From positions 94,627-158,626 of the forward strand of contig JAUXNJ010000019.1 of assembly GCA_030682795.1 (NCBI GenBank): a stretch of DNA of 64,000 nt, in the 5' to 3' direction. Origin of the DNA: Sphingobacteriaceae bacterium (GTDB lineage Bacteria; Bacteroidota; Bacteroidia; UBA7662). Shown here one piece after another: positions 31,127 through 41,439 of this stretch. Within the stretch, counting starts at the first letter, position 1. Each line of letters begins with the position of its first letter. The notes under the pieces were generated by a model. It saw only the letters and a list, made by a program, of their open reading frames with translations, was not told where the DNA came from and did no database searches. A program made the position numbers and the translations under genes.

Positions 31127-32619
31127 TGCAAGGTTTGTTTGTAGAAGTCTTTTACATCCTTGGTAAAGGTCCGCAAATCGCGCTCGCGGCTGTACATCAT
31201 GTGGCCGCCTTCGTAATACTTCATTTGCAGGTTATTGCGCAATTCACCGCGTACAAACATATGGTCGAGGGTGTATTGGGTGGCGAAATAGGGCGTGGCC
31301 AAGTCGTAATATCCATTGCAAATGAGCACTTGCAGCGCAGGGTTTTTGTGGATGGCCGCCGCCAACACCGCTGAATTGTCGAGGTAGCGGTTGGTGGCCT
31401 CACCATAGTTCCAGGGCTGCACCTTGCCGGTGAGGATTTCGTACACCTGATCGGGGAAAGGATATTTGAGGGTGCTGCCCAGATGCTGGTTGATCGCCAT
31501 GGTGTAGCCGCCAAAAATGCTGCGATTGTAGCTCGGGTCGTACTCATAGCTGTCGCCGGCATCGAGGCGGTCGAGGCCCTTGATGGTGCCATCGAAGCGG
31601 CCCACCGTTTCACCGCGGTCGCGCAGCAGCTCTTTGGTAAACTCCGAGGTACTTATGCGGAAATGGTAGCCGCGTAAAAAACTGTCGCTGAGACCGAGGA
31701 GGGCTTGCATGCGGGCCGAAAGACTGCTCTTTTCAGCCTCCGTAAGGCGGTCGCCTTTGAGCAACGCCGAACTGTATTCGCCCAGCGCAAAGGCTTCGGC
31801 ATCGGCCAAAACGCTTTTGAGATTGGGATACTGGGTTTTATTAAGTTTGCCATGGTACCAAGCCGTGGCTGCAAAACTCGGCAAGTAGAGCGGATAGGGC
31901 AGGTCGTTGCCCGGTGCCGACCGCAAGGTTTGGAAATTGAGCACCGCCGACACCAGCACTATGCCGTTGAGGTACATGCCATGGCGGTCTTGCAGGTAAC
32001 CCGACAAGCCCGCGGCCCGCGTGGTGCCATAACTCTCTCCTGCCAAAAACTTGGGTGAGGCCCAGCGGCTGTTTACCGAGGTGTATTTGTAGATGAAGTC
32101 GCCCACCGAGCGTAAATCTTCGCTGTAGCCTGTAAACTCCTTTTTATCGGTGCCTTCGGCCGGCCTGCTGTAGCCTGTTTGCACCGGATCAATGAACACC
32201 AAATCGGTATGCTCAAGCCAAGTATATTCATTGTCTACCAATGCGTACGGCGGCTTCACCGACTCCCCATCGGCCGTCATGGGCAGGCGTTTGGGACCCA
32301 GCGCACCCATGTGCAGCCAAACCGAGCTCGAGCCCGGACCGCCATTGAAGGCAAAGGTAATCGGGCGCTTATCAGCTGTTTGCCCAGATCGCACATAAGC
32401 AATGTAAAAGATGTCGGCTATTTTTTCGCCTTTTTCGTTGAACTGCTCTTGGTGGCCGGCGGTGGCGCTGTAATTAACCACCTTGCCATTCAGTTGCATG
32501 CTGAGATTGGTGGTAACGGGCGCAGGCCAGTTAATCCCCGATTTGGTTTCTTTTTTCTCGCCTTGAGCGAAAGCGGTCGCAGCCGCAAGCATCAACAAAA
32601 GCAATAAACGCATTTTCAT
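31123..32619 (-). CDS. S10-family serine carboxypeptidase, secreted
   Basis: Signal peptide; GESYG active-site motif (GESYGTTRAAG); length typical of bacterial S10. Confidence 0.65.
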   Translation of the reverse strand: MKMRLLLLLMLAAATAFAQGEKKETKSGINWPAPVTTNLSMQLNGKVVNYSATAGHQEQFNEKGEKIADIFYIAYVRSGQTADKRPITFAFNGGPGSSSVWLHMGALGPKRLPMTADGESVKPPYALVDNEYTWLEHTDLVFIDPVQTGYSRPAEGTDKKEFTGYSEDLRSVGDFIYKYTSVNSRWASPKFLAGESYGTTRAAGLSGYLQDRHGMYLNGIVLVSAVLNFQTLRSAPGNDLPYPLYLPSFAATAWYHGKLNKTQYPNLKSVLADAEAFALGEYSSALLKGDRLTEAEKSSLSARMQALLGLSDSFLRGYHFRISTSEFTKELLRDRGETVGRFDGTIKGLDRLDAGDSYEYDPSYNRSIFGGYTMAINQHLGSTLKYPFPDQVYEILTGKVQPWNYGEATNRYLDNSAVLAAAIHKNPALQVLICNGYYDLATPYFATQYTLDHMFVRGELRNNLQMKYYEGGHMMYSRERDLRTFTKDVKDFYKQTLQ

Positions 32620-32784
32620 AAAGCTGTTTTAGGAGCACCAAAATAGGCCTTTCTCGGCAATAAGTGTAAAACGTTTGTGCAAATGCAGCCCGTTTTTTAC
32701 CTTTCGGTAATATACCAGCTGGTAATATCCGTTTTCCATCCGCACCCAAAAAGCACAGCAGGCCTTTTACCTAAAACCGAGCAT

Positions 32785-33087
32785 ATGCAACGCATCCAAT
32801 CTTTCCGTGAATTTTACCCCTACTACCTCAGCGAACACAGCAAAGCCACTACAAGGGCCTTGCATTATGTGGGGACTACGCTGTTTTTTGTATTGCTCAT
32901 TACCGGCATCCTGCGTGGACAATGGTATTATTTTGCCTTATTACCCGTGGTGGGCTACGGCTTCGCCTGGGCGGGTCATTTTTTCGTGGAGAAAAACAAA
33001 CCGGCTACGTTTCAGTACCCCTTGTGGAGCCTGGCCTCAGATTTTGTGATGTATTTTCAGTGGCTCAGCGGCCGACTGAAGCTTTAA
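32785..33087 (+). CDS. DUF962-type small membrane protein
   Basis: MQRIQSFREFYPYYLSEH... with 2 TM helices. Start set at the internal ATG. Confidence 0.4.
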   Translation: MQRIQSFREFYPYYLSEHSKATTRALHYVGTTLFFVLLITGILRGQWYYFALLPVVGYGFAWAGHFFVEKNKPATFQYPLWSLASDFVMYFQWLSGRLKL

Positions 33088-33594
33088 TCAGTCCTTTTTA
33101 GGCGCCTTAGGCTTCTTTGCCGCAGCGGCTTTCGCCGGCTTGGCTTCGGCCTCGGGTGCAGCTACTTTGGCGGCTGGCGCAGCTTCGGCGGCAGCTTCAG
33201 CTTCGGCAGCACTGAAATCGAGCATTGGCGCTAAAATCACATACCACTTCATGAGCTTGCGCATATCGCTTACATACACCTGCTCGCGATCGTAATTGGG
33301 CACCAAAGTTTCAAAGGTTTTGATGATGTCGGCATTGTCGGCTTTGGTCAAATCCATGCCCGACAAATCCACCTTTTCAGCCTTCATGCGCTTGAAGATG
33401 TCTTTGAGGGCTTCTTGCTCTTCACTGGTGTAAACACTGATGTCTTCCAAAGCAGCTACTTTGCTGGTGCCAGGGATGACGCTCCGCTTGGCAGTGCCAT
33501 CGAGGGCTTCTACAATAAAACCTCCTTTGGTGGTGCTGAGCACCTTGAACAAGCCTGGCTTGCCGGTAATGTTTACAATTCCTTTTAAATCCAT
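33088..33594 (-). CDS. DUF5606-like protein with Lys/Ala-rich histone-H1-like tail
   Basis: MDLKGIVNITGKPGLFKV N-terminus conserved in Bacteroidota; C-terminal AEAAAKPAKAAAAKKPKAPKK. Confidence 0.4.
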   Translation of the reverse strand: MDLKGIVNITGKPGLFKVLSTTKGGFIVEALDGTAKRSVIPGTSKVAALEDISVYTSEEQEALKDIFKRMKAEKVDLSGMDLTKADNADIIKTFETLVPNYDREQVYVSDMRKLMKWYVILAPMLDFSAAEAEAAAEAAPAAKVAAPEAEAKPAKAAAAKKPKAPKKD

Positions 33595-33657
33595 CTTTCT
33601 TACTTAGCGGGCTGCTAATTTAGGGCGATTCCTCGAATAATCATAAAAAGCCAAGTA

Positions 33658-34017
33658 TCAGCGCTGCTTTTTATCGCGCAGGAGGTGCTCGTTGAACTGC
33701 TCCACCAGGTCGTAATACTTCTTGCGCCAGTGCTCGGCTTCGTGCAGGGCGGTGTTGAGGCTCTCTTGCAGACTGTTGAACTCACTTTCGCTCATGAAGC
33801 CGCCGCCATACTCCCGAATCTGCCTTTCTCCCAGCAATTCGCTGAAGGGATAGTTGAGCACCTGCCGCAATTGTTCCAGCACGGCGGTGTCGATACTCGG
33901 CTTTTCGAACAAGGCGTAAACGAAAGGCCTGCTGCGGCCTAAGCGCCGGGCAAGGTCACTTACCGAAATGCCGCGGTCGCTGACCACCGACTTCACTATC
34001 TCGCCTGCGTGTTTCAT
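33658..34017 (-). CDS. Small HTH DNA-binding protein
   Basis: HTH-like segment ISVSDLARRLGRSRPFVYALF. Confidence 0.35.
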   Translation of the reverse strand: MKHAGEIVKSVVSDRGISVSDLARRLGRSRPFVYALFEKPSIDTAVLEQLRQVLNYPFSELLGERQIREYGGGFMSESEFNSLQESLNTALHEAEHWRKKYYDLVEQFNEHLLRDKKQR

Positions 34018-34134
34018 TTTACAAAATTGACACCCAGACCGTCAGCATTATTTTACAAAACTGCTTGTGTTTGTTTACAGATTTGTATAAATTTGACTTA
34101 AGACTTTAGGAACCGGAATTCCTGTCGCAACAAA

Positions 34135-34162
34135 CAAAGGGCCCGCAAATGCAGGCCCTTTG
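34135..34162 (-). terminator. Hairpin downstream of purF (possible bidirectional terminator)
   Basis: CAAAGGGCC-N10-GGCCCTTTG stem of 9 bp with T-rich flank on the minus strand. Confidence 0.4.
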
Positions 34163-34183
34163 TCGTTTAATACGCGTTCCTGT

Positions 34184-36082
34184 TTAATAAGAGCGCTGGT
34201 TGTTCTTCTCTATGTAATTGATAAAGGCGCGATTGACTACCCGATTGCCTCCTGGCGTTGGGTAATTGCCGCTGAAGTACCAGTCGCCATGATGCGCGGT
34301 TGCCAAGTGCAGGTTGTCGATGGTCTGAAACAGCACCTCCACCGGTACATTCAAGCCCTCCGGCGTTACCAGCTGTGCAATTTTGGCGCTGATTTCGGCC
34401 TCGGTAAACTGGTCGTAAATTTTCTTCACGTGATTTACCATTTGGTGCGGCTCGAGTTTCTCCTGGCTTTTGCATAGCAGGTACACATCGTTGATGAGGT
34501 TCCACTGCCCGCGCTCTTCGAGCATGGCGATGGCCGCGCGGAAGGCCACAAACTCGCCCATGCGGCTCATGTCGATGCCATAGCAGTCGGGGTAACGGAT
34601 TTGCGGCGCAGAGCTCACAATCACAATCTTTTTAGGCTTGAGGCGACTCAATATGGTGATGATGCTTTGCTTGAGCGTGGTACCGCGCACAATCGAATCG
34701 TCGATCACCACCAGGTTATCGCGGCCCGGAGCAAGGATGCCGTAGGTGGTATCGTACACGTGGGCCACGAGCTCGTCGCGCTGACTGTCGTTGGTAATGA
34801 AGGTCCGCAGCTTGGCGTCTTTAATGGCCGCCTTCTCTACCCGTGGGCGCAGTTGCAGCAGCCAGTGCAGACGTTCGGCATCGATGTTATTGCCCATTTT
34901 GGCAATTTCGGTGGCTTTGTATTGGTTCAGGTGGTCTTCCAAGCCCTTCACCATGCCATAAAAGGCGGTTTCGGCCGTATTGGGGATGTAACTGAACACA
35001 GTATTTTCGAGGTCTTGTGCTACACTCTTTAAAATACGCGGCACCAGCAATTCGCCGAGCTTTTTGCGCTCGTTGTAGATGGCGATGTCGTTGCCCCGCG
35101 AGAAATAAATGCGCTCAAAACTACATTGTGCCGGTTTTTGCGGCTCCAGGATCTCGTCCATGCTGATGCGGCCGTCCTTGCGGATGATGAGCGCATGCCC
35201 AGGTTTGATTTCCTGGATGTCGTCGATGGGCACATTAAAGGCGGTGAGGATGGCGGTGCGCTCTGAAGCTACCACGGCAATTTCTTCGTCGCGGTAAAAA
35301 TAGGCAGGACGAATGCCGTTCGGGTCGCGGAGTACAAAGGCGTCGCCGTGACCAAACAGCCCGGCCATGGCATAGCCGCCATCCCAGTATTTCGACGCCC
35401 TTTTGAGGATGCGCACAATGTCGAGTTCGCGGCCAATGCGCTCCTGCATTTCGAGCTTATCAACGCCCTGCGCACGGAAACGCGCTACCAGTTCGTCGTT
35501 TTCTTCGTCGAGGAAATGGCCAATTTTCTCCATCACCGTAACCGTATCGGCTTTTTCTTTGGGGTGCTGCCCCAATTCCACCAGCTGATTAAAGAGCTCC
35601 TCTACATTGGTCATGTTGAAGTTGCCCGCGACCACCAAATTCCGTGTTTTCCAATTGTTCTGGCGCAGAAAAGGGTGACAAGCTTCGATCGAATTTTTAC
35701 CGTGGGTGCCGTAACGGAGATGCCCCAGCAACAACTCGCCCATATACGGCAGCTCGCGTTGCATGCGGTTTACGTCGTCAAAAATGCTGGCATCAGCGGC
35801 TTTGGCTTCTTCAAAATTGGCGTAAATGCGACTAAAAATATCTTTGATGGGCTGGTTACTGATGCTGCGCACCCGGCTGATGTAGCGCTCACCCGGCGCC
35901 TGATCGAGTTTGATGCTGGCCAAACCCACCCCATCTTGCCCGCGGTTGTGCTGCTTTTCCATCAGCAAATACTGCTTGTTTAGGCCGTAGAGGGCTGTAC
36001 CATATTTTTCGTGGTAATAGGAGATTGGCTTCAGAAGCCGGAGAAGTGCGATTCCACACTCGTGTTTGATGCTGTCGCTCAT
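34184..36082 (-). CDS. purF: Amidophosphoribosyltransferase (long, Bacteroidota-type)
   Basis: N-terminal propeptide plus catalytic Cys (MSDSIKHECGIALL), Ntn glutamine amidotransferase and PRTase domains. Confidence 0.85.
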   Translation of the reverse strand: MSDSIKHECGIALLRLLKPISYYHEKYGTALYGLNKQYLLMEKQHNRGQDGVGLASIKLDQAPGERYISRVRSISNQPIKDIFSRIYANFEEAKAADASIFDDVNRMQRELPYMGELLLGHLRYGTHGKNSIEACHPFLRQNNWKTRNLVVAGNFNMTNVEELFNQLVELGQHPKEKADTVTVMEKIGHFLDEENDELVARFRAQGVDKLEMQERIGRELDIVRILKRASKYWDGGYAMAGLFGHGDAFVLRDPNGIRPAYFYRDEEIAVVASERTAILTAFNVPIDDIQEIKPGHALIIRKDGRISMDEILEPQKPAQCSFERIYFSRGNDIAIYNERKKLGELLVPRILKSVAQDLENTVFSYIPNTAETAFYGMVKGLEDHLNQYKATEIAKMGNNIDAERLHWLLQLRPRVEKAAIKDAKLRTFITNDSQRDELVAHVYDTTYGILAPGRDNLVVIDDSIVRGTTLKQSIITILSRLKPKKIVIVSSAPQIRYPDCYGIDMSRMGEFVAFRAAIAMLEERGQWNLINDVYLLCKSQEKLEPHQMVNHVKKIYDQFTEAEISAKIAQLVTPEGLNVPVEVLFQTIDNLHLATAHHGDWYFSGNYPTPGGNRVVNRAFINYIEKNNQRSY

Positions 36083-36311
36083 GCCGGGTGGCCTGTTTTA
36101 AAGAAGAAATGCAAAGGTACGGATTTCCGCGGCGTGCAGGTAGTCCGATGCAAGGGAAACAGCAGAAGTTGGGCTTTCGTTCCCGCGGCGGGCTGGCAAT
36201 AAGCCGGGCCAGCATCCTCCCGCAGGCTCCCCCGCTGAAAAAGCCCAAGCAGCAGCAAGCATGTACCAATAATCAACCAACATTTTACGTTTCTATCCCT
36301 TAGCTTTGTGA

Positions 36312-38573
36312 GTGATGATGAAAAAAGTTGTTTTAATGGGGCTCTGCTGGCTAGCTGCACTGCAAGTGGAGGCGCAGGTGCCGGTGGGACAATGGCGGGT
36401 GCATTTGCCGTATGCCTTTGCCACGAGTGTAGAAGTAACCCCTGAAATGGTGTATTGTGGCACCAAACAGGGCCTTTTTACTGTTGCTAGAAGCGATTTT
36501 GAGTTGCGTACCTTGTCGCGTATCAACGGACTTACCGACCAGGGCATCACCTACCTGCGTTACAGTGCCGACTACCAAACCCTCATCATCACCTATGAAT
36601 CGGGCAACATTGATTTGCTGCGCAACGGGCGTTTCACGCGCATCGACGCCATTGTACGGGCTAATTTGCCTGGCAGCAAACGCATCAACCATGTGCACTT
36701 AAAAGGGCGATTTGCCTATTTGAGTTGCGCTTTTGGCATTGTAGAGCTCGACTTACAACGTACTGAAATTCGTAATACCTTCATCATCGGTCCAGAAGGC
36801 AGTCGCCTGCCCGTAAGTGCCCTCACCGATGATGGGATAAACTTTTACGCGGCTACCGATAGTGGCATGTTTGTGGCAGCACTAAATGCGCCCAACCTCA
36901 GCAACTACGCCTTTTGGCAGCCAGAAGCCACTTTTAGAGGCACTAAACTCACCCACATCGACTATTTCGATAGTGCCGTGGTAAGCATCCAGGGCGATGA
37001 GTTGCTGCGTTACCGCAATGGTAGCTGGATTGGCCAGGTGCTGGATGCGGGCTTTCCCAATACCAGCTTGACTGTGCGCAACGGGCACCTACTGGTAACC
37101 AATGTGTTCCGTGTAAACGAGGTATTTGCCGATGAAACCTTCGCTGGTACCGCCTCCGACCCACGTATTCAAAATCCACGCCTCGCGGTGCGCTCCGGTA
37201 TTTTTACCTGGATGGCCGATGATGGCGGTGGTTTATTTCGCTATTTCGAGGGCATTGGAGAGCAACTCCTACCCAATGGTCCCTTAACCGAAAAAGCTGT
37301 GCACCTTTCGGCCGACCGCGCCGGGGTATTGGTGTCGGCAGGTGGCTTTAACTCGGTTTTGGCCAATCGCTACTCGCAGGAAGGGGCTTTTCAATTTCAA
37401 AACGAAAAATGGACCGTGCTCAACCGCAGCACCCTCTCGGCAAATAATAAGTTCTTCGACGTAATTCAGGCCAAATACGACCCCTTTACGCCAGGTTTAA
37501 AATACCTGTTACCTTGGGGAGGCGGCTTGGTGGCAGTGCGCGATACCAGCATCCAGGCCGTTTACACTCCCGTAAATTCAAGTTTAGAATATATTTCGGG
37601 CAGCATCGACCCCAATACCGGCATTGGCGATACCCGGGTGGGCGGCATCGACTTCGATGCGCAAGGCAATGTATGGATGAGCAATTACGGCGCCTCTCGT
37701 CCCATTTCAGTTTTGCGGCGTAATGGCAATTGGGAAAGCTTTTCACTCGGACCATTCAATGAGGTGATTGATATGTTGGTTGACAATGCTGGCAACAAAT
37801 GGGTGCGCTCACGCAGCGGTGGCGTGGTGGTTTTGGATCGGGAAAACAGTCGTTATGTGAACCCTAACACCGCCGAAGGCAGCGGCGGCTTGCCGAGTCC
37901 TATTGTAAATTGTATGGCCAAAGACAAAAGCGGGGCCATTTGGATAGGCACAGCGGAAGGTCCCATTGTGTTTTTCAATCCCAATATCGTTTTCCGCGAT
38001 CGTTACGACGGCCAGCGCATCCGCATCCAGCAAGAGCAATTTGTGGGTTTTTTATTGGGAAATGAAGTGGTTACTGCCATTGCCATAGATGGTGCCGACC
38101 GCAAATGGTTTGGTACCGCCAATGGGGTTTGGTTGTTTTCGGCCGATGGCACCACACAAATCCACCACTTCACTACCGAAAACAGTCCGATTTTATCAAA
38201 TGTAATTACGTCCCTCGCCATCCACCCAGTTACCGGAGAGGTGTTTATTGGCACCGACCGCGGGGTGATATCGTACCGAGGAACGGCCACAGAGGGGGCG
38301 GCAACGCATAGCGATGTCAAGGTTTTTCCCAATCCCGTACGGCCCGATTACGAGGGCCTGGTGTCGGTGAGTGGCTTGGTAACCAACAATTGGATAAAAA
38401 TTACCGATATCAGCGGCAATTTGGTGTACCAAACACGTGCCGATGGGGGACAAATCAGCTGGAATGGCCGGGATTTGAAGGGACAGCGGGTGGCGTCGGG
38501 CGTTTATTTGGTATTTTCGACTTCAGATTTTGGGGAGGAGACGGTGGCGGCGAAGGTGGTTTTTATACAATAG
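36312..38573 (+). CDS. Secreted beta-propeller (two-component-regulator propeller repeats) protein with T9SS C-terminal sorting domain, PorZ-like
   Basis: Signal peptide, repeated Reg_prop-like blades, C-terminal CTD (KVFPNPVRPDYEGLVSVSGL...GVYLVFS). Confidence 0.55.
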   Translation: MMMKKVVLMGLCWLAALQVEAQVPVGQWRVHLPYAFATSVEVTPEMVYCGTKQGLFTVARSDFELRTLSRINGLTDQGITYLRYSADYQTLIITYESGNIDLLRNGRFTRIDAIVRANLPGSKRINHVHLKGRFAYLSCAFGIVELDLQRTEIRNTFIIGPEGSRLPVSALTDDGINFYAATDSGMFVAALNAPNLSNYAFWQPEATFRGTKLTHIDYFDSAVVSIQGDELLRYRNGSWIGQVLDAGFPNTSLTVRNGHLLVTNVFRVNEVFADETFAGTASDPRIQNPRLAVRSGIFTWMADDGGGLFRYFEGIGEQLLPNGPLTEKAVHLSADRAGVLVSAGGFNSVLANRYSQEGAFQFQNEKWTVLNRSTLSANNKFFDVIQAKYDPFTPGLKYLLPWGGGLVAVRDTSIQAVYTPVNSSLEYISGSIDPNTGIGDTRVGGIDFDAQGNVWMSNYGASRPISVLRRNGNWESFSLGPFNEVIDMLVDNAGNKWVRSRSGGVVVLDRENSRYVNPNTAEGSGGLPSPIVNCMAKDKSGAIWIGTAEGPIVFFNPNIVFRDRYDGQRIRIQQEQFVGFLLGNEVVTAIAIDGADRKWFGTANGVWLFSADGTTQIHHFTTENSPILSNVITSLAIHPVTGEVFIGTDRGVISYRGTATEGAATHSDVKVFPNPVRPDYEGLVSVSGLVTNNWIKITDISGNLVYQTRADGGQISWNGRDLKGQRVASGVYLVFSTSDFGEETVAAKVVFIQ

Positions 38574-39260
38574 ACCGCTCGCTGGCGCTCGCTTTACAGA
38601 CCGGTCGCTGGTGCTCCCTTTTCAGACATCAGACCGCTGCGCTTTTCAGATGGACTAGGCTCTTGCGTTTATTAGTAGGCGGTCCTTGAGTTCATCGAAG
38701 GGTGGTCCCTGAGTTCATCGAAAGGTTATCACAGAGGCCTGTTTTAAGGCTTTGTTTGGTTTTTAATGGCTATTGCCCGTTGAATGGGCTGTTAGGGTGC
38801 AGGTAGAGGCTGGAAGTAAGGAGGTTTCACCTTTCCTTGAATTAGGCTGGGCTCGGAGCAACACAGACGGCTGTTTGCACAGCCGGGTTTCAAAACAACG
38901 GCCTGCTATTTGAAAGACCGCTCGCTGGCGCTCGCTTTACAGACCGGTCGCTGGTGCTCCCTTTTCAGACATCAGACCGCTGCGCTTTTCAGATGCAGAA
39001 GGCTCTTACGGTGAGGCATTTTGCGGCTGAATGGGCCTTTTTGGTTGATTTAGGATTGTTTTTTTAAAGCCAAATCGCCAATCATAAACCCCACTTCCCC
39101 TTTGAATTTTCAACTTTGAACCCCCCAGGTATTCTAAACCCTCTATGTAAATCCGCCAGAGCCTGCTCTATCTGAAAAGCGAGCGCCGCTCGCGGTCTGA
39201 TGTCTGAAAAGCCGGCGCAGCCGGCGGTCTGAAAAGTAAGCGCAGCGAACGGTCTTATCC
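38571..39260. repeat. Complex intergenic repeat element, inverted relative to the copy at 44238-44905
   Basis: Contains two identical 80-bp direct repeats (38571-38650 and 38917-38996), internal 22-bp duplications (ggtccttgagttcatcgaagg x2), reiterated 'ggtctg(a/t)aaagcg' modules, and a GATTGGCGATTT motif in reverse orientation. Confidence 0.8.
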
Positions 39261-39275
39261 GTAAATTCGCAACAA

Positions 39276-39992
39276 ATGCAACATAAACTCCGCGCCATTG
39301 TATTACGCAGCACGCCTTACAGCGACAGCAGTGTAATTGTGCGCATGTTTACCGACGAGCTGGGCATGCAGTCGTACCTCATCAATGGGGTGCGCAAAAA
39401 AAAGGCGAGCATCACCCCGGCCATGTTGCAGGCCCTGACTTTGGTAGAAATTGAGGCTTATCACAAAGAAAACAGCGGATTGCAGCGACTCAAAGAACTG
39501 CATGTGTACCCCGTTTTGGAGCAATTGCAGCTTTCGCCCCGGCACCATGTAGCCGCTACCGTGGTGGCCGAGTGTTTCAGCCGGGCCATTCGCGAGGAAA
39601 GCGCCCATGAAGAGCTGTTTCGCTGGATGCAGCGCCAAATTGTGGGACTTGATGCCAGCGATGCGCCCGGAGTAGAGGCCTTGGCCTTACTCACCCGCCT
39701 TACCCAATGGCTCGGCTTTCAGCCGCACAACGAGGCCTACAGCAAAGAAGCCTGGTTAAATCTGTCGGAAGGGGTGTTTGAAAACAGCCGCGACCACACC
39801 TCCACCTACGCCAATCCCCAAACCGCCCGACAGCTGGGGCATTTTTTGGCCACTGACGCCTTTGAACCCGCTAATTTACCCGGTAAACGCTACCTCGACG
39901 ACCTGCTGCGGCTGTATCAGTTGCACAGCGCTGGTTTTAGTCTGCCCCGCTCGCTCGACCTCTTCCGCGACATGGTACTCACAGACTTATAA
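39276..39992 (+). CDS. recO: DNA repair protein RecO
   Basis: RecO N-terminal OB-fold signature (LRAIVLRSTPYSDSSVIVRMFT...GMQSYLINGVRK) and typical length. Confidence 0.75.
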   Translation: MQHKLRAIVLRSTPYSDSSVIVRMFTDELGMQSYLINGVRKKKASITPAMLQALTLVEIEAYHKENSGLQRLKELHVYPVLEQLQLSPRHHVAATVVAECFSRAIREESAHEELFRWMQRQIVGLDASDAPGVEALALLTRLTQWLGFQPHNEAYSKEAWLNLSEGVFENSRDHTSTYANPQTARQLGHFLATDAFEPANLPGKRYLDDLLRLYQLHSAGFSLPRSLDLFRDMVLTDL

Positions 39993-40143
39993 GCAAGGCT
40001 TTATGCATAGGCATATACCCAATGTACGTTACTTGTCAGCCTCCTTCCCTCCAAATAATACAAATTGTTAAAATTTCTTTAACTCCCCTCTCGTTATAGA
40101 CGATGCGCATTAAAATTGATACATTCGCTTTTTAACCCTGCCT

Positions 40144-41439
40144 ATGAAGTCCATCAGCAAGTATCGTTATTGGTTTTTAGGCGCTGGTCTGGCCCTCGGC
40201 ATAGCGCTTTATCAGTTTGTTTTCAAAACCGATGTTTCGGGGGTGGAGCTCGAAGCAGAAGTACGCCGCGGCACCTTCGAAAGTGTGGTTTTTAGCGCTG
40301 GCGAACTGCTGGCCAAAAACTCGGAGAACATCAACGGTCCCGATGGCCTCCGCCAAATCGGCATCTGGCAGGTCAAAATCCAGGACCTCATACCCGAAGG
40401 CACGGTGGTAGAAGCAGGCGATTATGTAGCCGCACTCGACCAGAGTGAAATCAGTGGCAAGATCAAAGACACCGGTGCCGAGCTCGAAAAGGCCGAATCG
40501 CAATTTTTGCAGGTGAAGCTCGACACCACCTTGAACATGCGCAGCTCGCGCGACGAACTGTTGAATCTCGAGTTCCAGCTGCAGCAGAAAGAAATCACCC
40601 TCGAACAATCGCGTTTTGAGCCCCCCGCCATCATCCGGCAGGCCGAATTAGATTTAGAAAAAGGCCGGCGCGACCTCAAGCAGGCCAAAGAAAATTACCA
40701 GGTAAAACAGCAGCAAGCCGCCGCCAAGATGGCCGAAGCCCAAGCCACCCTGCAGCAGGTACGCAATAAAATGGAGATGCTCCAAAAGGTGGGCAGCACC
40801 TTTACCATCACCGCGCCCAAAGCCGGCATGGTAATTTACATGCGCGAATGGGGTGGCAGCAAGAAAAAAGTAGGCTCCACCATCTCCCCCTGGGACCCCG
40901 CCGTGGCTACTTTGCCCGATTTGCGGGAGATGTTGTCGAAGACATACGTAAACGAAGTCGACATCCGCAAGGTGCAAAGCGGACAATTGGTGCGCATTGG
41001 ACTGGATGCTTTTCCCGATTTACAGCTGCAGGGCAAGGTAACCCAGGTGGCCAATGTGGGTGAGCAGCGCGGCAATACCGACGCCAAGGTGTTTGAAGTG
41101 GTGATTGAATTACTCGAAACCGACAGTACCGTGCGACCGGGCATGACCACCGGCAACCGAATTGTTACCAGTACCCTGGCCGATACCCTCATTGTGCCTT
41201 TGGAAGCCATTTTTGTAGAAGAAGGGGTGCAGTTTGTGTACCTCAAAACCGGCTTAAGCATTGAAAAGGTGCAGGTAAAAATCGGCGAGTCGAACGAAAA
41301 CGAAGCCGTGCTCGTGGCAGGTTTGCGGGAAGGTGACAAAGTGCTCCTCAACAAGCCGGCTGGTGCCGAGAACAAAAAAATAAAGCTGCTAGCAACACCA
41401 AGCCTGGCCAATGAACAAGCGGGAAAGACAGCTCAGTAA
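40144..41439 (+). CDS. HlyD-family periplasmic adaptor (membrane fusion protein) of an efflux system
   Basis: N-terminal TM anchor, long coiled-coil, beta-barrel/lipoyl-like segments. Confidence 0.75.
   Translation: MKSISKYRYWFLGAGLALGIALYQFVFKTDVSGVELEAEVRRGTFESVVFSAGELLAKNSENINGPDGLRQIGIWQVKIQDLIPEGTVVEAGDYVAALDQSEISGKIKDTGAELEKAESQFLQVKLDTTLNMRSSRDELLNLEFQLQQKEITLEQSRFEPPAIIRQAELDLEKGRRDLKQAKENYQVKQQQAAAKMAEAQATLQQVRNKMEMLQKVGSTFTITAPKAGMVIYMREWGGSKKKVGSTISPWDPAVATLPDLREMLSKTYVNEVDIRKVQSGQLVRIGLDAFPDLQLQGKVTQVANVGEQRGNTDAKVFEVVIELLETDSTVRPGMTTGNRIVTSTLADTLIVPLEAIFVEEGVQFVYLKTGLSIEKVQVKIGESNENEAVLVAGLREGDKVLLNKPAGAENKKIKLLATPSLANEQAGKTAQ

Noticed and set aside
36083-36311. ~230-nt GC-rich purF leader as a possible ZTP or purine riboswitch
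   Set aside because: I could not find the conserved ZTP (pfl) or purine-aptamer core sequences. It is more likely a divergent promoter region shared with the propeller gene; left unflagged pending an Rfam scan.
38571-39260. Considered whether the reiterated ~25-bp 'ctgaaaagcg…gcggt' modules form a CRISPR array
   Set aside because: The units are imperfect and of variable length, no uniform spacers lie between identical repeats, and no cas genes occur in the window. They are better explained as sub-repeats of a dispersed intergenic element.
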